64,000 bases of DNA from Utricularia gibba (lineage: Eukaryota; Plantae; Magnoliophyta): NCBI GenBank assembly GCA_002189035.1, contig NEEC01000199.1:1-64000 (forward strand), read 5' to 3'. The stretch's first letter is position 1. Each line of letters starts with the position of its first letter. Both the position numbers and the translations under genes were made by a program. The notes below the pieces were generated by a model. It saw only the letters and a list, made by a program, of their open reading frames with translations, was not told the DNA's origin and did no database searches. Shown one piece after another: positions 13,301-27,591 of the stretch.

Positions 13301-16300
13301 TCGCACACCGTTCGGCATCTCGTCGATATCTTGAAGATCAAGATGAGTCACGCTGCGCCCGGCATACCGTTTCGAAGCCCGTTCCGAGCCGGTCATCTTC
13401 CGTGTTGAAAGCTTCTTCATCCGAGGATGCATCAGAGCTCGAATTATCGCCTTATCTTACCCTTCAGATGTGCCACAAATTGGCCACCACGTTCGCGACG
13501 ATGAGTTTCGGAACACGAGAATCGACGCGATTGTGATTTTCGGCTTGCAAAAGATCTGCGTTTTATTGGGTGACGTGAAGTATGGGTTTTCGAGCGATCT
13601 CTGAACAAGCTCTGGTGTGTCCCTACCCGCAGCCTCATGGTGGCCTCGCACACCGTTCGGCATCTCGTCGATATCTTGAAGATGATGATGTCACGCTGCG
13701 CCCGGCATCTCGTTTCGAAGCCCGTTTCCGAGCCGGTCATCTTCCGTGTTGAAAGCTTCTTCATCGAGGATGCATCAGAGCTCGAATTATCGCCTTATAG
13801 TAGCCTTCAGATGTGCCACAAATTGGCCACCACGTTCGCGACGATGCGACTCGGAACACGAGAATCGACGCGATTGTGATTTCGCCTTGCAAAACATCTG
13901 CGTTTTATTGGGTGACGTGAAGTATGGGTTTTCGAGGCGATCTCTGAACAAGCTCTAGGTGTGTTCCTACCCACAGCCTCATGGTGGCCTCGCACACCGT
14001 TCGGCATCTCGTCGATATCTTGAAGATCATGATGATTCACGCTGCGCCCGGCATCTCGTTTCGAAGCCCGTTCCGAGCCGGTCATTTCCGTGTTGAAAGC
14101 TTCTTCATCCGAGGATGCATCAGAGCTCGAATTATCGCCTTATAGTAGCCTTCAGATGTGCCACAAATTGGCCACCACGTTCGCGAGGATGCGACTCGGA
14201 ACATGAGAATCGACGCGATTGTGATTTTCGGCTTGCAAAGGATCTGCGTTTTATTGGATGACGGGAAGTATGGGTTTCGATGCGATCTCTGAATAAGCTC
14301 TGGGTGTGTGCCCTACCCGCAGCCTCATGGTGGCCTCGTACACCGTCGGTATTTCGGCGATATCCTGAAAACCGTGATGAGTCACACTGCGCTCGGCATA
14401 CCGTTTCGAACCCCTTTCCGTGCCGGTCAGCTTCCGTGTTGGAAGCTTCTTCGTACGAGGATGCATCAGAGCTTGAATTATCGCCTTATCTTAGCCTTCA
14501 GATGTGCCACAAATTGGCACCACGTTCGCGACGATGCGACTCGGAACACGAGAATCGACGCGATTGTGATTTTCGGCTTGCAAAACATCTGCGTTTTATT
14601 GGGTGATGTGAAGTATGGGTTTTCGAGGCGATCTCTGAACAAGCTCTAGGTGTGTTCCTACCCGCAGCCTCATGGTGGCCTCGCACACCGTTCGGTATTC
14701 GGCCATATCTGAAACCGTGATGAGTCACGCTGCGCCCGGCATACCGTTTCGAACCCCTTTCCGTGCCGGTCAGCTTCCGTGTTGAAAGCTTCTTCGTCCG
14801 AGGATGCATCAGAGCTCGAATTATCGCCTTAGTAGCCTTCAGATGTGCCACAAATTGGCCACCACGTTCGCGACGATGCGACTCGTAACACGAGAATCGA
14901 CGCGATTGTGATATTCGCCTTGCAAAACATCTGCGTTTTATTGGGTGATGTGAAGTATGGGTTTTCGAGGCGATCTCTGAACAAGCTCTAGGTGTGTTCC
15001 TACCCACAGCCTCATGGTGGCCTCGCACACCGTTCGGCATCTCGTCGATATCTTGAAGATCATGATGATTCACGCTGCGCCCGGCATCTCGTTTCGAAGC
15101 CCGTTCCGAGCCGGTCATCTTCCGTGTTGAAAGCTTCTTCATCCGAGGATGCATCAGAGCTCGAATTATCGCCTTATAGTAGCCTTCAGATGTGCCACAA
15201 ATTGGCCACCACGTTCGCGAGGATGCGACTCGGAAAACGAGAATCGACCGATTGTGATTTTCGGGTTGCAAAACATCTGCGTTTTATTGGGTGACGTGAA
15301 GTATGGGTTTTCGAGGCGATCTCTGAACAAGCTCTAGGTGTGTTCCTACCCAGCCTCAAGGTGGCTCGCACACCGTTTGGTATTTCGGCCATATCCTGAA
15401 AACCGTGATGAGTCGCTGCGCCCGGCATACCGTTTCGAACCCCTTTCCGTGCCGGTCAGCTTCCGTGTTAAAGCTTCTTCGTCGAGGATGCATCAGAGCT
15501 CGAATTATCGCCTTATAGTAGCCTTCAGATGTGCCACAAATTGGCCACCACGTTCGCGACGATGCGACTCGTAACACGAGAATCGACGCGATTGTGATAT
15601 TCGGCTTGCAAAACATCTGCGTTTTATTGGGTGACGTGAAGTATGGGTTTTCGAGGCGATCTCTGAACAAGCTCTAGGTGTGTTCCTACCCACAGCCTCA
15701 TGGTGGCCTCGCACACCGTTCGGCATCTCGTCGATATCTTGAAGATCATGATGATTCACGCTGCGCCCGGCATCTCGTTTCGAAGCCCGTTCCGTGCCGG
15801 TCATCTTCCGTGTTGAAAGCTTCTTCATCCGAGGATGCATCAGAGCTCGAATTATCGCCTTATAGTAGCCTTCAGATGTGCCACAAATTGGCCACCACGT
15901 TCGCGAGATGCGACTCGGAACAGAGAATCGACGCGATTGTGATTTTCGGCTTGCAAAACATCTGCGTTTTATTGGATGACGTGAAGTATGGGTTTTCGAG
16001 CGATCTCTGAAACAAGCTCTGGTGTGTCCCTACCCGCAGCCTCATGGGGGCCTCGCACACCGTTCGGTATTTCGGCGATATCCTGAAAACCGTGATGAGT
16101 CACGCTGCGCCCGGCATACCGTTTCGAACCCCTTTCCGTGCCGTCAGCTTCTGTGTTGAAAGCTTCTTCGTCCAGGATGCATCAGAGCTCAATTATCGCC
16201 TTATATTAGCCTTTAGATGTGCCACAAATTGGCACCACGTTCGCGACGATGCGACTCGGAAAACGAGAATCGACGCGATTTTGATTTTCGGGTTGCAAAA

Positions 16301-17253
16301 CATCTGCGTTTTATTGGGTGATGTGAAGTATGGGTTTTCGAGGCGATCTCTGAACAAGCTCTAGGTGTGTTCATACCCACAGCCTCATGGTGGCCTCGCA
16401 CACCGTTCGGTATTTCGGCCATATCTTGAAAACCGTGATGAGTCACGCTGCGCCCGGCATACCGTTTCGAACCCCTTTCTGTGCCGGTCAGCTTCCGTGT
16501 TGAAAGCTTCTTCGTCCGAGGATGCATCAGAGCTCGAATTATCGCCTTATAGTAGCCTTCAGATGTGCCACAAATTGGCCACCACGTTCGCGACGATGCG
16601 ACTCGTAACACGAGAATCGACGCGATTGTGATTTTCGGCTTGCAAAACATCTGCGTTTTATTGGGTGATGTGAAGTATGGGTTTTCGAGGCGATCTCTGA
16701 ACAAGCTCTAGGTGTGTTCCTACCCACAGCCTCATGGTGGCCTCGCACACGTTCGGCATCTCGTCGATATCTTGAAGATCATGATGATTCACGCTGCGCC
16801 CGGCATCTCGTTTCGAAGCCCGTTCCGAGCCGGTCATCTTCCGTGTTGAAAGCTTCTTCATCCGAGGATGCATCAGAGCTCGAATTATCGCCTTATTGTA
16901 GCCTTCAGATGTGCCACAAATTGGCCACCACGTTCGCGAGGATGCGACTCGGAAAACGAGAATCGACCGATTGTGATTTTCGGGTTGCAAAACATCTGCG
17001 TTTTATTGGGTGACGTGAAGTATGGGTTTTCGAGGCGATCTCTGAACAAGCTCTAGGTGTGTTCCTACCCGCAGCCTCAAGGTGGCCTCGCACACCGTTT
17101 GGTATTTTGGCCATATCCTGAAAACCGTGATGAGTCACGCTGCGCCCGGCAAACCGTTTCGAACCCCTTTCTGTGCCGGTCAGCTTCCGTGTTGAAAGCT
17201 TCTTCGTCCGAGGATGCATCAGAGCTCGAATTATCGCTTATAGTAGCCTTCAG

Positions 17254-20200
17254 ATGTGCCACAAATTGGCCACCACGTTCGCGAGGATGCGACTCGGAAC
17301 ATGAGAATCGACGCGATTGTGATTTTCGGCTTGCAAAGGATCTGCGTTTTATTGGATGACGGGAAGTATGGGTTTTCGATGCGATCTCTGAACAAGCTCT
17401 GGGTGTGTCCCTACCCGCAGCCTCATAGTGGCCTCGTACACCGCTCGGTATTTCGGCGATATCCTGAAAACCGTGATGAGTCACACTGCGCTCGCATACC
17501 GTTTCGAACCCCTTTCCGTGCCGGTCAGCTTCCGTGTTGGAAGCTTCTTCGTACGAGGATGCATCACAGCTTGAATTATCGCCTTATCTTAGCCTTGAGA
17601 TGTGCCACAAATTGGCAACCACGTTCGCGACGATCAGTTTCAGAACACGAGAATCGACGCGATTGTGATTTTCGGCTTGCAAAAGATCTGCGTTTATTGG
17701 GTGACGTGAAGTATGGGTTTTCGAGGCGATCTCTAAACATGCTCTAGGTGTGTTCCTACCTGCAGCCTCATGGTGGCCTCGCACACCGTTCGGCATCTCG
17801 TCGATATCTTGAAGATCAAGATGAGTCACGCTGCGCCCGGCATACCGTTTCGAAGCCCGTTCCGAGCCGGTCATCTTCCGTGTTGAAAGCTTCTTCATCC
17901 GAGGATGCATCAGAGCTCGAATTATCGCCTTATCTTACCCTTCAGATGTGCCACAAAATTGGCCACCACGTTCGCGACGATGAGTTTCGGAACACGAGAA
18001 TCGACGCGATTGTGATTTTCGGCTTGCAAAAGATCTGCGTTTTATTGGGTGACGTGAAGTATGGGTTTTCGAGGCGATCTCTGAACAAGCTCTGGGTGTG
18101 TCCCTACCCGCAGCCTCATGGTGGCCTTGCACACCGTTCGGCATCTCGTCGATATCTTGAAGATCATGATGATTCACGCTGCGCCCGGCATCTCGTTTCG
18201 AAGCCCGTTCCGAGCCGGTCATCTTCCGTATTGAAAGCTTCTTCATCCGAGGATGCATCAGAGCTCGAATTATCGCCTTATAGTAGCCTTCAGATGTGCC
18301 ACAAATGGCCACCACGTTCGCGAGGATGCGACTCGGAAAACGAGAATCGACCCGATTGTGATTTTCGGGTTGCAAAACATCTGCGTTTTATTGGGTGACG
18401 TGAAGTATGGGTTTTCGAGGCGATCTCTGAACAAGCTCTAGGTGTGTTCCTACCCGCAGCCTCATGGTGGCCTCGCACACCGTTTGGTATTTCGGCCATA
18501 TCCTGAAAAACCGTGATGAGTCACGCTGCGCCCGGCATACCGTTTCGAACCCTTTCTGTGCCGGTCAGCTTCCGTGTTGAAAGCTTCTTCGTCCGAGGAT
18601 GCATCAGAGCTCGAATTATCGCCTTATAGTAGCCTTCAGATGTGCCACAAATTGGCCACCACGTTCGCGACGATGCGACTCGTAACACAAGAATCGACGC
18701 GATTGTGATATTCGGCTTGCAAAGGATCTGCGTTTTATTGGATGACGGGAAGTATGGGTTTTCGATGCGATCTCTGAACAAGCTCTGGTGTGTCCCTACC
18801 CGCAGCCTCATAGGCCTCGTACACCGCTCGGTATTTCGGCGATATCCTGAAAACCGTGATGAGTCACACTGCGCTCGGCATACCGTTTCGAACCCCTTTC
18901 CGTGCCGGTCAGCTTCCGTGTTGAAGCTCTTCGTACGAGGATGCATCAGAGCTTGAATTATCGCCTTATCTTAGCCTTCAGATGTGCCACAAATTGGCAC
19001 CACGTTCGCGACGATCAGTTTCGGAACACGAGAATCGACGCGATTGTGATTTTCGGCTTGCAAAAGATCTGCGTTTTATTGGGTGACGTGAAGTATGGGT
19101 TTTCGAGGCGATCTCTAAACAGCTCTAGGTGTGTTCCTACCCGCAGCCTCATGGTGGCCTCGCACACCGTTCGGCATCTCGTCGATATCTTGAAGATCAA
19201 GATGAGTCACGCTGCGCCCGGCATACCGTTTCGAAGCCCGTTCCGAGCCGGTCATCTTCCGTGTTGAAAGCTTCTTCATCCGAGGATGCATCAGAGCTCG
19301 AATTATCGCCTTTATCTTAGCCTTCAGATGTGCCACAAATTGGCCACCACGTTCGCGACGATGACTCGGAACACGAGAATCGACGCGATTGTGATTTTCG
19401 GCTTGCAAAAGATCTGCGTTTTATTGGGTGACGTGAAGTATGGGTTTTCGAGGCGATCTCTGAACAAGCTCTGGGTGTGTCCTACCCGCAGCCTCATGGT
19501 GGCCTCGCACACCGTTCGGCATCTCGTCGATATCTTGAAGATCGTGATGATTCACGCTGCGCCCGGCATCCGTTTCGAAGCCCGTTCCGAGCCGGTCAGC
19601 TTCCGTGTTGAAAGCTTCTTCATCCGAGGATGCATCAGAGCTCGAATTATCGCCTTATAGTAGCCTTCAGATGTGCCACAAATTGGCCACCACGTTCGCG
19701 ACGATGCGACTCGAAAACGAGAATCGACGCGATTGTGATTTTCGGTTGCAAAACATCTGCGTTTTATTGGGTGACGTGAAGTATGGGTTTTCGAGGCGAT
19801 CTCTGAACAAGCTCTAGGTGTGTTCCTACCCGCAGCCTCAGGTGGCCTCGCACACCGTTTGGTATTTCGGCGATATCCTGAAAACCGTGATGAGTCACGC
19901 TGCGCCCGGCATACCGTTTCGAACCCCTTTCCGTGCCGGTCAGCTTCCGTGTTGAAAGCTTCTTCGTCCGAGGATGCATCAGAGCTCGAATTATCGCCTT
20001 ATAGTAGCCTTCAGATGTGCCACAAATTGGCCACCACGTTCGCGACGATGCGACTCGAACACGAGAATCGACGCGATTGTGATTTCGGCTTGCAAAGGAT
20101 CTGCGTTTTATTGGGATGACGGGAAGTATGGGTTTTCGATGCGATCTCTGAACAAGCTCTCTGGTGTGTCCCTACCCGCAGCCTCATGGTGGCCTCGCAC

Positions 20201-22775
20201 ACCGCTCGGTATTTCGGCGATATCCTGAAAACCGTGATGAGTCACGCTGCGCCGGCATACCGTTTCGAACCCCTTCCGTGCCGGTCAGCTTCCGTGTTGA
20301 AAGCTTCTTCGTCCGAGGATGCATCAGAGCTTGAATTATCGCCTTATCTTAGCCTTCAGATGTGCCACAAATTGGCACCACGTTCGCGACGATCGTTTCG
20401 AACACGAGAATCGACGCGATTGTGATTTTCGGCTTGCAAAAGATCTGCGTTTTATTGGGTGACGTGAAGTATGGGTTTTCGAGGCGATCTCTAAACAAGC
20501 TCTAGGTGTGTTCCTACCTGCAGCCTCATGGTGGCCTCGCACACCGTTCGGCATCTCGTCGATATCTTGAAGATCAAGATGAGTCACGCTGCGCCCGGCA
20601 TACCGTTTCGAAGCCCGTTCCGAGCCGGTCATCTTCCGTGTTGAAAGCTTCTTCATCCGAGGATGCATCAGAGCTCGAATTATCGCCTTATCTTAGCCTT
20701 CAGATGTGCCACAAATTGGCCACCACGTTCGCGACGATGAGTTTCGGAACACGAGAATCGACGCGATTGTGATTTTCGGCTTGCAAAAGATCTGCGTTTT
20801 ATTGGGTGACGTGAAGTATGGGTTTTCGAGGCGATCTCTGAACAAGCTCTGGGTGTGTCCCTACCCGCAGCCTCATGGTGGCCTTGCACACCGTTCGGCA
20901 TTCGTCGATATCTGAAGATCATGATGATTCACGCTGCGCCCGGCATCCGTTTCGAAGCCCGTTCCGAGCCGGTCATCTTCCGTATTGAAAGCTTCTTCGT
21001 CCGAGGATGCATCAGAGCTCGAATTATCGCCTTATAGTAGCCTTCAGATGTGCCACAAATTGGCCACCACGTTCGCGAGGATGCGACTCGGAAAACGAGA
21101 ATCGACCCGATTGTGATTTTCGGGTTGCAAAACATCTGCGTTTTATTGGGTGACGTGAAGTATGGGTTTTCGAGGCGATCTCTGAACAAGCTCTAGGTGT
21201 GTTCCTACCCACAGCCTCATGGTGGCCTCGCACACCGTTCGGCATCTCGTCGATATCTTGAAGATCATGATGATTCACGCTGCGCCCGGCATCTCGTTTC
21301 GAAGCCCGTTCCGAGCCCGGTCATCTTCCGTGTTGAAAGCTTCTTCATCCGAGGATGCATCAGAGCTCGAATTATCGCCTTATAGTAGCCTTCAGATGTG
21401 CCACAAATTGGCCACCACGTTCGCGACGATGCGACTCGGAACACAAGAATCGACGATTGTGATTTCGCTTGCAAAGGATCTGCGTTTTATTGGATGACGG
21501 GAAGTATGGGTTTTCGATGCGATCTCTGAACAAGCTCTGGGTGTGTCCCTACCCGCAGCCTCATAGTGGCCTCGTACACCGCTCGGTATTTCGGCGATAT
21601 CCTGAAAACCGTGATGAGTCACACTGCGCTCGCATACCGTTTCGAACCCCTTTCCGTGCCGGTCAGCTTCCGTGTTGGAAGCTTCTTCGTACGAGGATGC
21701 ATCAGAGCTTGAATTATCGCCTTATCTTAGCCTTCAGATGTGCCACAAATTGGCAACCACGTTCGCGACGATCAGTTTCGGAACACGAGAATCGACGCGA
21801 TTGTGATTTTCGGCTTGCAAAAGATCTGCGTTTTATTGGGTGACGTGAAGTATGGGTTTTCGAGGCGATCTCTAAACAGCTCTAGGTGTGTTCCTACCTG
21901 CAGCCTCATGGTGGCCTCGCACACCGTTCGGCATCTCGTCGATATCTTGAAGATCAAGATGAGTCACGCTGCGCCCGGCATACCGTTTCGAAGCCCGTTC
22001 CGAGCCGGTCATCTTCCGTGTTGAAAGCTTCTTCATCCGAGGATGCATCAGAGCTCGAATTATCGCCTTATCTTAGCCTTCAGATGTGCCACAAATTGGC
22101 CACCACGTTCGCGACGATGAGTTTCGGAACACGAGAATCGACGCGATTGTGATTTTCGGCTTGCAAAAGATCTGCGTTTTATTGGGTGACGTGAAGTATG
22201 GGTTTTCGAGGCGATCTCTGAACAAGCTCTGGGTGTGTCCCTACCCGCAGCCTCATGGTGGCCTTGCACACCGTTCGGCATCTCGTCGATATCTTGAAGA
22301 TCATGATGATTCACGCTGCGCCCGGCATCTCGTTTCGAAGCCCGTTCCGAGCCGGTCATCTTCCGTATTGAAAGCTTCTTCATCCGAGGATGCATCAGAG
22401 CTCGAATTATCGCCTTATAGTAGCCTTCAGATGTGCCACAAATTGGCCACCACGTTCGCGAGGATGCGACTCGGAAAACGAGAATCGACCCGATTGTGAT
22501 TTTCGGTTGCAAAACATCTGCGTTTTATTGGGTGACGTGAAGTATGGGTTTTCGAGGCGATCTCTGAACAAGCTCTAGGTGTGTTCCTACCCGCAGCCTC
22601 AAGGTGGCCTCGCACACCGTTTGGTATTTCGGCCATATCCTGAAAACCGTGATGAGTCACGCTGCGCCCGGCATACCGTTTCGAACCCCTTTCGTGCCGG
22701 TCAGCTTCCGTGTTGAAAGCTTCTTCGTCCGAGGATGCATCAGAGCTCGAATTATCGCCTTATAGTAGCCTTCAG
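17254..22775. repeat. Four consecutive tetramer HOR units (G-H-I-J or hybrids, about 1.38 kb each)
   Basis: G-type monomers start at 17254, 18640, 20015, 21396 and 22776 (spacings 1386, 1375, 1381, 1380). H follows at 17600, 18982, 20360, 21738 and I at 17946, 19328, 20704, 22084. Confidence 0.85.
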
Positions 22776-24493
22776 ATGTGCCACAAATTGGCCACCACGT
22801 TCGCGACGATGCGACTCGAACACAAGAATCGACGCGATTGTGATTTCGGCTTGCAAAGGATCTGCGTTTTATTGGTGACGTGAAGTATGGGTTTTCGATG
22901 CGATCTCTGAACAAGCTCTGGGTGTGTCCTACCCGCAGCCTCATGGTGGCCTCACACCGTTCGGTATTTCGGCGATATCCTGAAAAACCGTGATGAGTCA
23001 CGCTGCGCCCGGCATACCGTTTCGAACCCCTTTCCGTCCGGTCAGCTTCCGTGTTTGAAGCTTCTTCGTCCGAGGATGCATCAGAGCTTGAATTATCGCC
23101 TTATCTTAGCCTTCAGATGTGCCACAAATTGGCCACCACGTTCGCGACGATGCGTTTCGAACACGAGAATCGACGCGATTGTGATTTTCGGCTTGCAAAA
23201 GATCTGCGTTTTATTGGGTGACGTGAAGTATGGGTTTCGAGGCGATCTCTAACAAGCTCTAGGTGTGTTCCTACCGCAGCCTCATGGTGGCCTCGCACAC
23301 CGTTCGGCATCTCGTCGATATCTTGAAGATCAAGATGAGTCACGCTGCGCCCGGCATACCGTTTCGAACCCCGTTCCGAGCCGGTCATCTTCCGTGTTGA
23401 AAGCTTCTTCATCCGAGGATGCATCAGAGCTCGAATTATCGCCTTATCTTAGCCTTCAGATGTGCCACAAATTGGCCACCACGTTCGCGACGATGCGACT
23501 CGGAACACGAGAATCGACGCGATTGTGATTTTCGGCTTGCAAAAGATCTGCGTTTTATTGGGTGACGTGAAGTATGGGTTTTCGAGGCGATCTCTGAACA
23601 AGCTCTGGGTGTGTCCCTACCCGCAGCCTCATGGTGGCCTCGCACACCGTTCGGCATCTCGTCGATATCTTGAAGATCATGATGATTCACGCTGCGCCCG
23701 GCATCCGTTTCGAAGCCCGTTCCGAGCCGGTCATCTTCCGTGTTGAAAGCTTCTTCATCCGAGGATGCATCAGAGCTCGAATTATCGCCTTATAGTAGCC
23801 TTCAGATGTGCCACAAATTGGCCACCACGTTCGCGACGATGCGACTCGGAAAACGAGAATCGACGATTGTGATTTTCGGTTGCAAAACATCTGCGTTTTA
23901 TTGGGTGACGTGAAGTATGGGTTTTCGAGGCGATCTCTGAACAAGCTCTAGGTGTGTTCCTACCCGCAGCCTCAAGGTGGCCTCGCACACCGTTTGGTAT
24001 TTCGGCCATATCCTGAAAACCGTGATGAGTCACGCTGCGCCCGGCATACCGTTTCGAACCCCTTTCGTGCCGGTCAGCTTCCGTGTTGAAAGCTTCTTCG
24101 TCCGAGGATGCATCAGAGCTCGAATTATCGCCTTATAGTAGCCTTCAGATGTGCCACAAATTGGCCACCACGTTCGCGACGATGCGACTCGTAACACGAG
24201 AATCGACGCGATTGTGATTTCGGCTTGCAAAACATCTGCGTTTTATTGGGTGATGTGAAGTATGGGTTTTCGAGGCGATCTCTGAACAAGCTCTAGGTGT
24301 GTTCCTACCCACAGCCTCATGGTGGCCTCGCACACCGTTCGGCATCTCGTCGATATCTTGAAGATCATGATGATTCACGCTGCGCCCGGCATCTCGTTTC
24401 GAAGCCCGTTCCGAGCCGGTCATCTTCCGTGTTGAAAGCTTCTTCATCGAGGATGCATCAGAGCTCGAATTATCGCCTTATAGTAGCCTTCAG
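22776..24493. repeat. Pentamer HOR unit G-H-I-J-K
   Basis: Monomers at 22776 (G), 23117 (H), 23460 (I), 23806 (J; ctcaAgg, gttTggt, ggcCat) and 24149 (K; cgTaac, ggtgaTgt, cccAcag). The next G is at 24494. Confidence 0.72.
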
Positions 24494-27400
24494 ATGTGCC
24501 ACAAATTGGCCACCACGTTCGCGAGGATGCGACTCGGAACACGAGAATCGACGCGATTGTGATTTTCGGCTTGCAAAGGATCTGCGTTTTATTGGTGACG
24601 GAAGTATGGGTTTTCGAGGCGATCTCTGAACAAGCTCTGGGTGTGTCCCTACCCGCAGCCTCATGGTGGCCTCACACCGTTCGGTATTTCGGCGATATCC
24701 TGAAAACCGTGATGAGTCACGCTGCGCCGGCATACCGTTTCGAACCCCTTTCCGTGCCGGTCAGCTTCCGTGTTGAAAGCTTCTTCGTCCGAGGATGCAT
24801 CAGAGCTCGAATTATCGCCTTATCTTAGCCTTCAGATGTGCCACAAATTGGCCACCACGTTCGCGACGATGCTCGAACACGAGAATCGACGCGATTGTGA
24901 TTTTCGGCTTGCAAAAAACATCTGCGTTTTATTGGGTGACGTGAAGTATGGGTTTTCGAGGCGATCTCTGAACAAGCTCTAGGTGTGTTCCTACCGCAGC
25001 CTCATGGTGGCCTCGCACACCGTTCGGCATCTCGTCGATATCTTGAAGATCATGATGAGTCACGCTGCGCCCGGCATACCGTTTCGAAGCCCGTTCCGAG
25101 CCGGTCATCTTCCGTGTTGAAAGCTTCTTCATCCGAGGATGCATCAGAGCTCGAATTATCGCCTTATCTTAGCCTTCAGATGTGCCACAAATTGGCCACC
25201 ACGTTCGCGACGATGAGTTTCGGAACACGAGAATCGACGCGATTTGTGATTTTCGGCTTGCAAAAGATCTGCGTTTTATTGGGTGACGTGAAGTATGGGT
25301 TTTCGAGGCGATCTCTGAACAAGCTCTGGGTGTGTTCCCTACCCGCAGCCTCATGGTGGCCTCGCACACCGTTCGGCATCTCGTCGATATCTTGAAGATC
25401 ATGATGATTCACGCTGCGCCCGGCATCCGTTTCGAAGCCCGTTCCGAGCCGGTCATCTTCCGTGTTGAAAGCTTCTTCATCCGAGGATGCATCAGAGCTC
25501 GAATTATCGCCTTATAGTAGCCTTCAGATGTGCCACAAATTGGCCACCACGTTCGCGACGATGCGACTCGGAAACGAGAATCGACGCGATTGTGATTTTC
25601 GGGTTGCAAAACATCTGCGTTTTATTGGGTGACGTGAAGTATGGGTTTTCGAGGCGATCTCTGAACAAGCTCTAGGTGTGTTCCTACCCGCAGCCTCAAG
25701 GTGGCCTCGCACACCGTTGGTATTTCGGCCATATCCTGAAAACCGTGATGAGTCACGCTGCGCCCGGCATACCGTTTCGAACCCCTTTCGTGCCGGTCAG
25801 CTTCCGTGTTGAAAGCTTCTTCGTCCGAGGATGCATCAGAGCTCGAATTATCGCCTTATAGTAGCCTTCAGATGTGCCACAAATTGGCCACCACGTTCGC
25901 GACGATGCGACTCGAACACGAGAATCGACGCGATTGTGATTTTCGGCTTGCAAACATCTGCGTTTTATTGGTGACGGGAAGTATGGGTTTTCGATGCGAT
26001 CTCTGAACAAGCTCTGGGTGTGTCCCTACCCGCAGCCTCATGGTGGCCTCGTACACCGTTCGGTATTTCGGCGATATCCTGAAAACCGTGATGAGTCACA
26101 CTGCGCCCGGCATACCGTTTCGAACCCCTTTCCGTGCCGGTCAGCTTCCGTGTTGAAAGCTTCTTCGTCCGAGGATGCATCAGAGCTCGAATTATCGCCT
26201 TATCTTAGCCTTCAGATGTGCCACAAATTGGCACCACGTTCGCGACGATGCGACTCGGAACACGAGAATCGACGCGATTGTGATTTTCGGCTTGCAAAAA
26301 GATCTGCGTTTTATTGGGTGACGTGAAGTATGGGTTTTCGAGGCGATCTCTGAACAAGCTCTAGGTGTGTTCCTACCCGCAGCCTCATGGTGGCCTCGCA
26401 CACCGTTCGGCATTTCGTCGATATCTTGAAGATCTGATGAGTCACGCTGCGCCCGGCATACCGTTTCGAAGCCCGTTCCGTGCCGGTCATCTTCCGTGTT
26501 GAAAGCTTCTTCATCCGAGGATGCATCAGAGCTCGAATTATCGCCTTATCTTAGCCTTCAGATGTGCCACAAATTGGCCACCACGTTCGCGACGATGCGT
26601 CGGAACACGAGAATCGACGCGATTGTGATTTTCGGCTTGCAAAAGATCTGCGTTTTATTGGGTGACGTGAAGTATGGGTTTTCGAGGCGATCTCTGAACA
26701 AGCTCTGGGTGTTTCCTACCCGCAGCCTCATGGTGGCCTCGCACACCGTTCGGCATCTCGTCGATATCTTGAAGATCATGATGAGTCACGCTGCGCCCGG
26801 CATCCGTTTCGAAGCCCGTTCCGAGCCGGTCATCTTCCGTGTTGAAAGCTTCTTCGTCCGAGGATGCATCAGAGCTCGAATTATCGCCTTATAGTAGCCT
26901 TCAGATGTGCCACAAATTGGCCACCACGTTCGCGACGATGCGACTCGGAAAACGAGAATCGACCCGATTGTGATTTTCGGGTTGCAAAACATCTGCGATT
27001 GAGTGACGTGAAGTATGGGTTTTCGAGGCGATCTCTGAACAAGCTCTAGTGTGTTCCTACCCGCAGCCTCATGGTGGCCTCGCACACCGTTCGGTATTTC
27101 GCCATATCCTGAAAACCGTGATGAGTCACGCTGCGCCCGGCATACCGTTTCGAACCCCTTTCTGTGCCGGTCAGCTTCCGTGTTGAAAGCTTCTTCGTCC
27201 GAGGATGCATCAGAGCTCGAATTATCGCCTTATAGTAGCCTTCAGATGTGCCACAAATTGGCCACCACGTTCGCGACGATGCGACTCGGAACACGAGAAT
27301 CGACGCGATTGTGATTTCGCTTGCAAAACATCTGCGTTTTATTGGGTGACGTGAAGTATGGGTTTTCGAGGCGATCTCTGAACAAGCTCTAGGTGTGTTC

Positions 27401-27591
27401 CTACCCCACAGCCTCATGGTGGCCTCGCACACCGTTCGGCATCTCGTCGATATCTTGAAGATCATGATGATTCACGCTGCGCCCGGCATACCGTTTCGAA
27501 CCCCCTTCCGAGCCGGTCATCTTCCGTGTTGAAAGCTTCTTCGTCCGAGGATGCATCAGAGCTCGAATTATCGCCTTATATTAGCCTTCAG

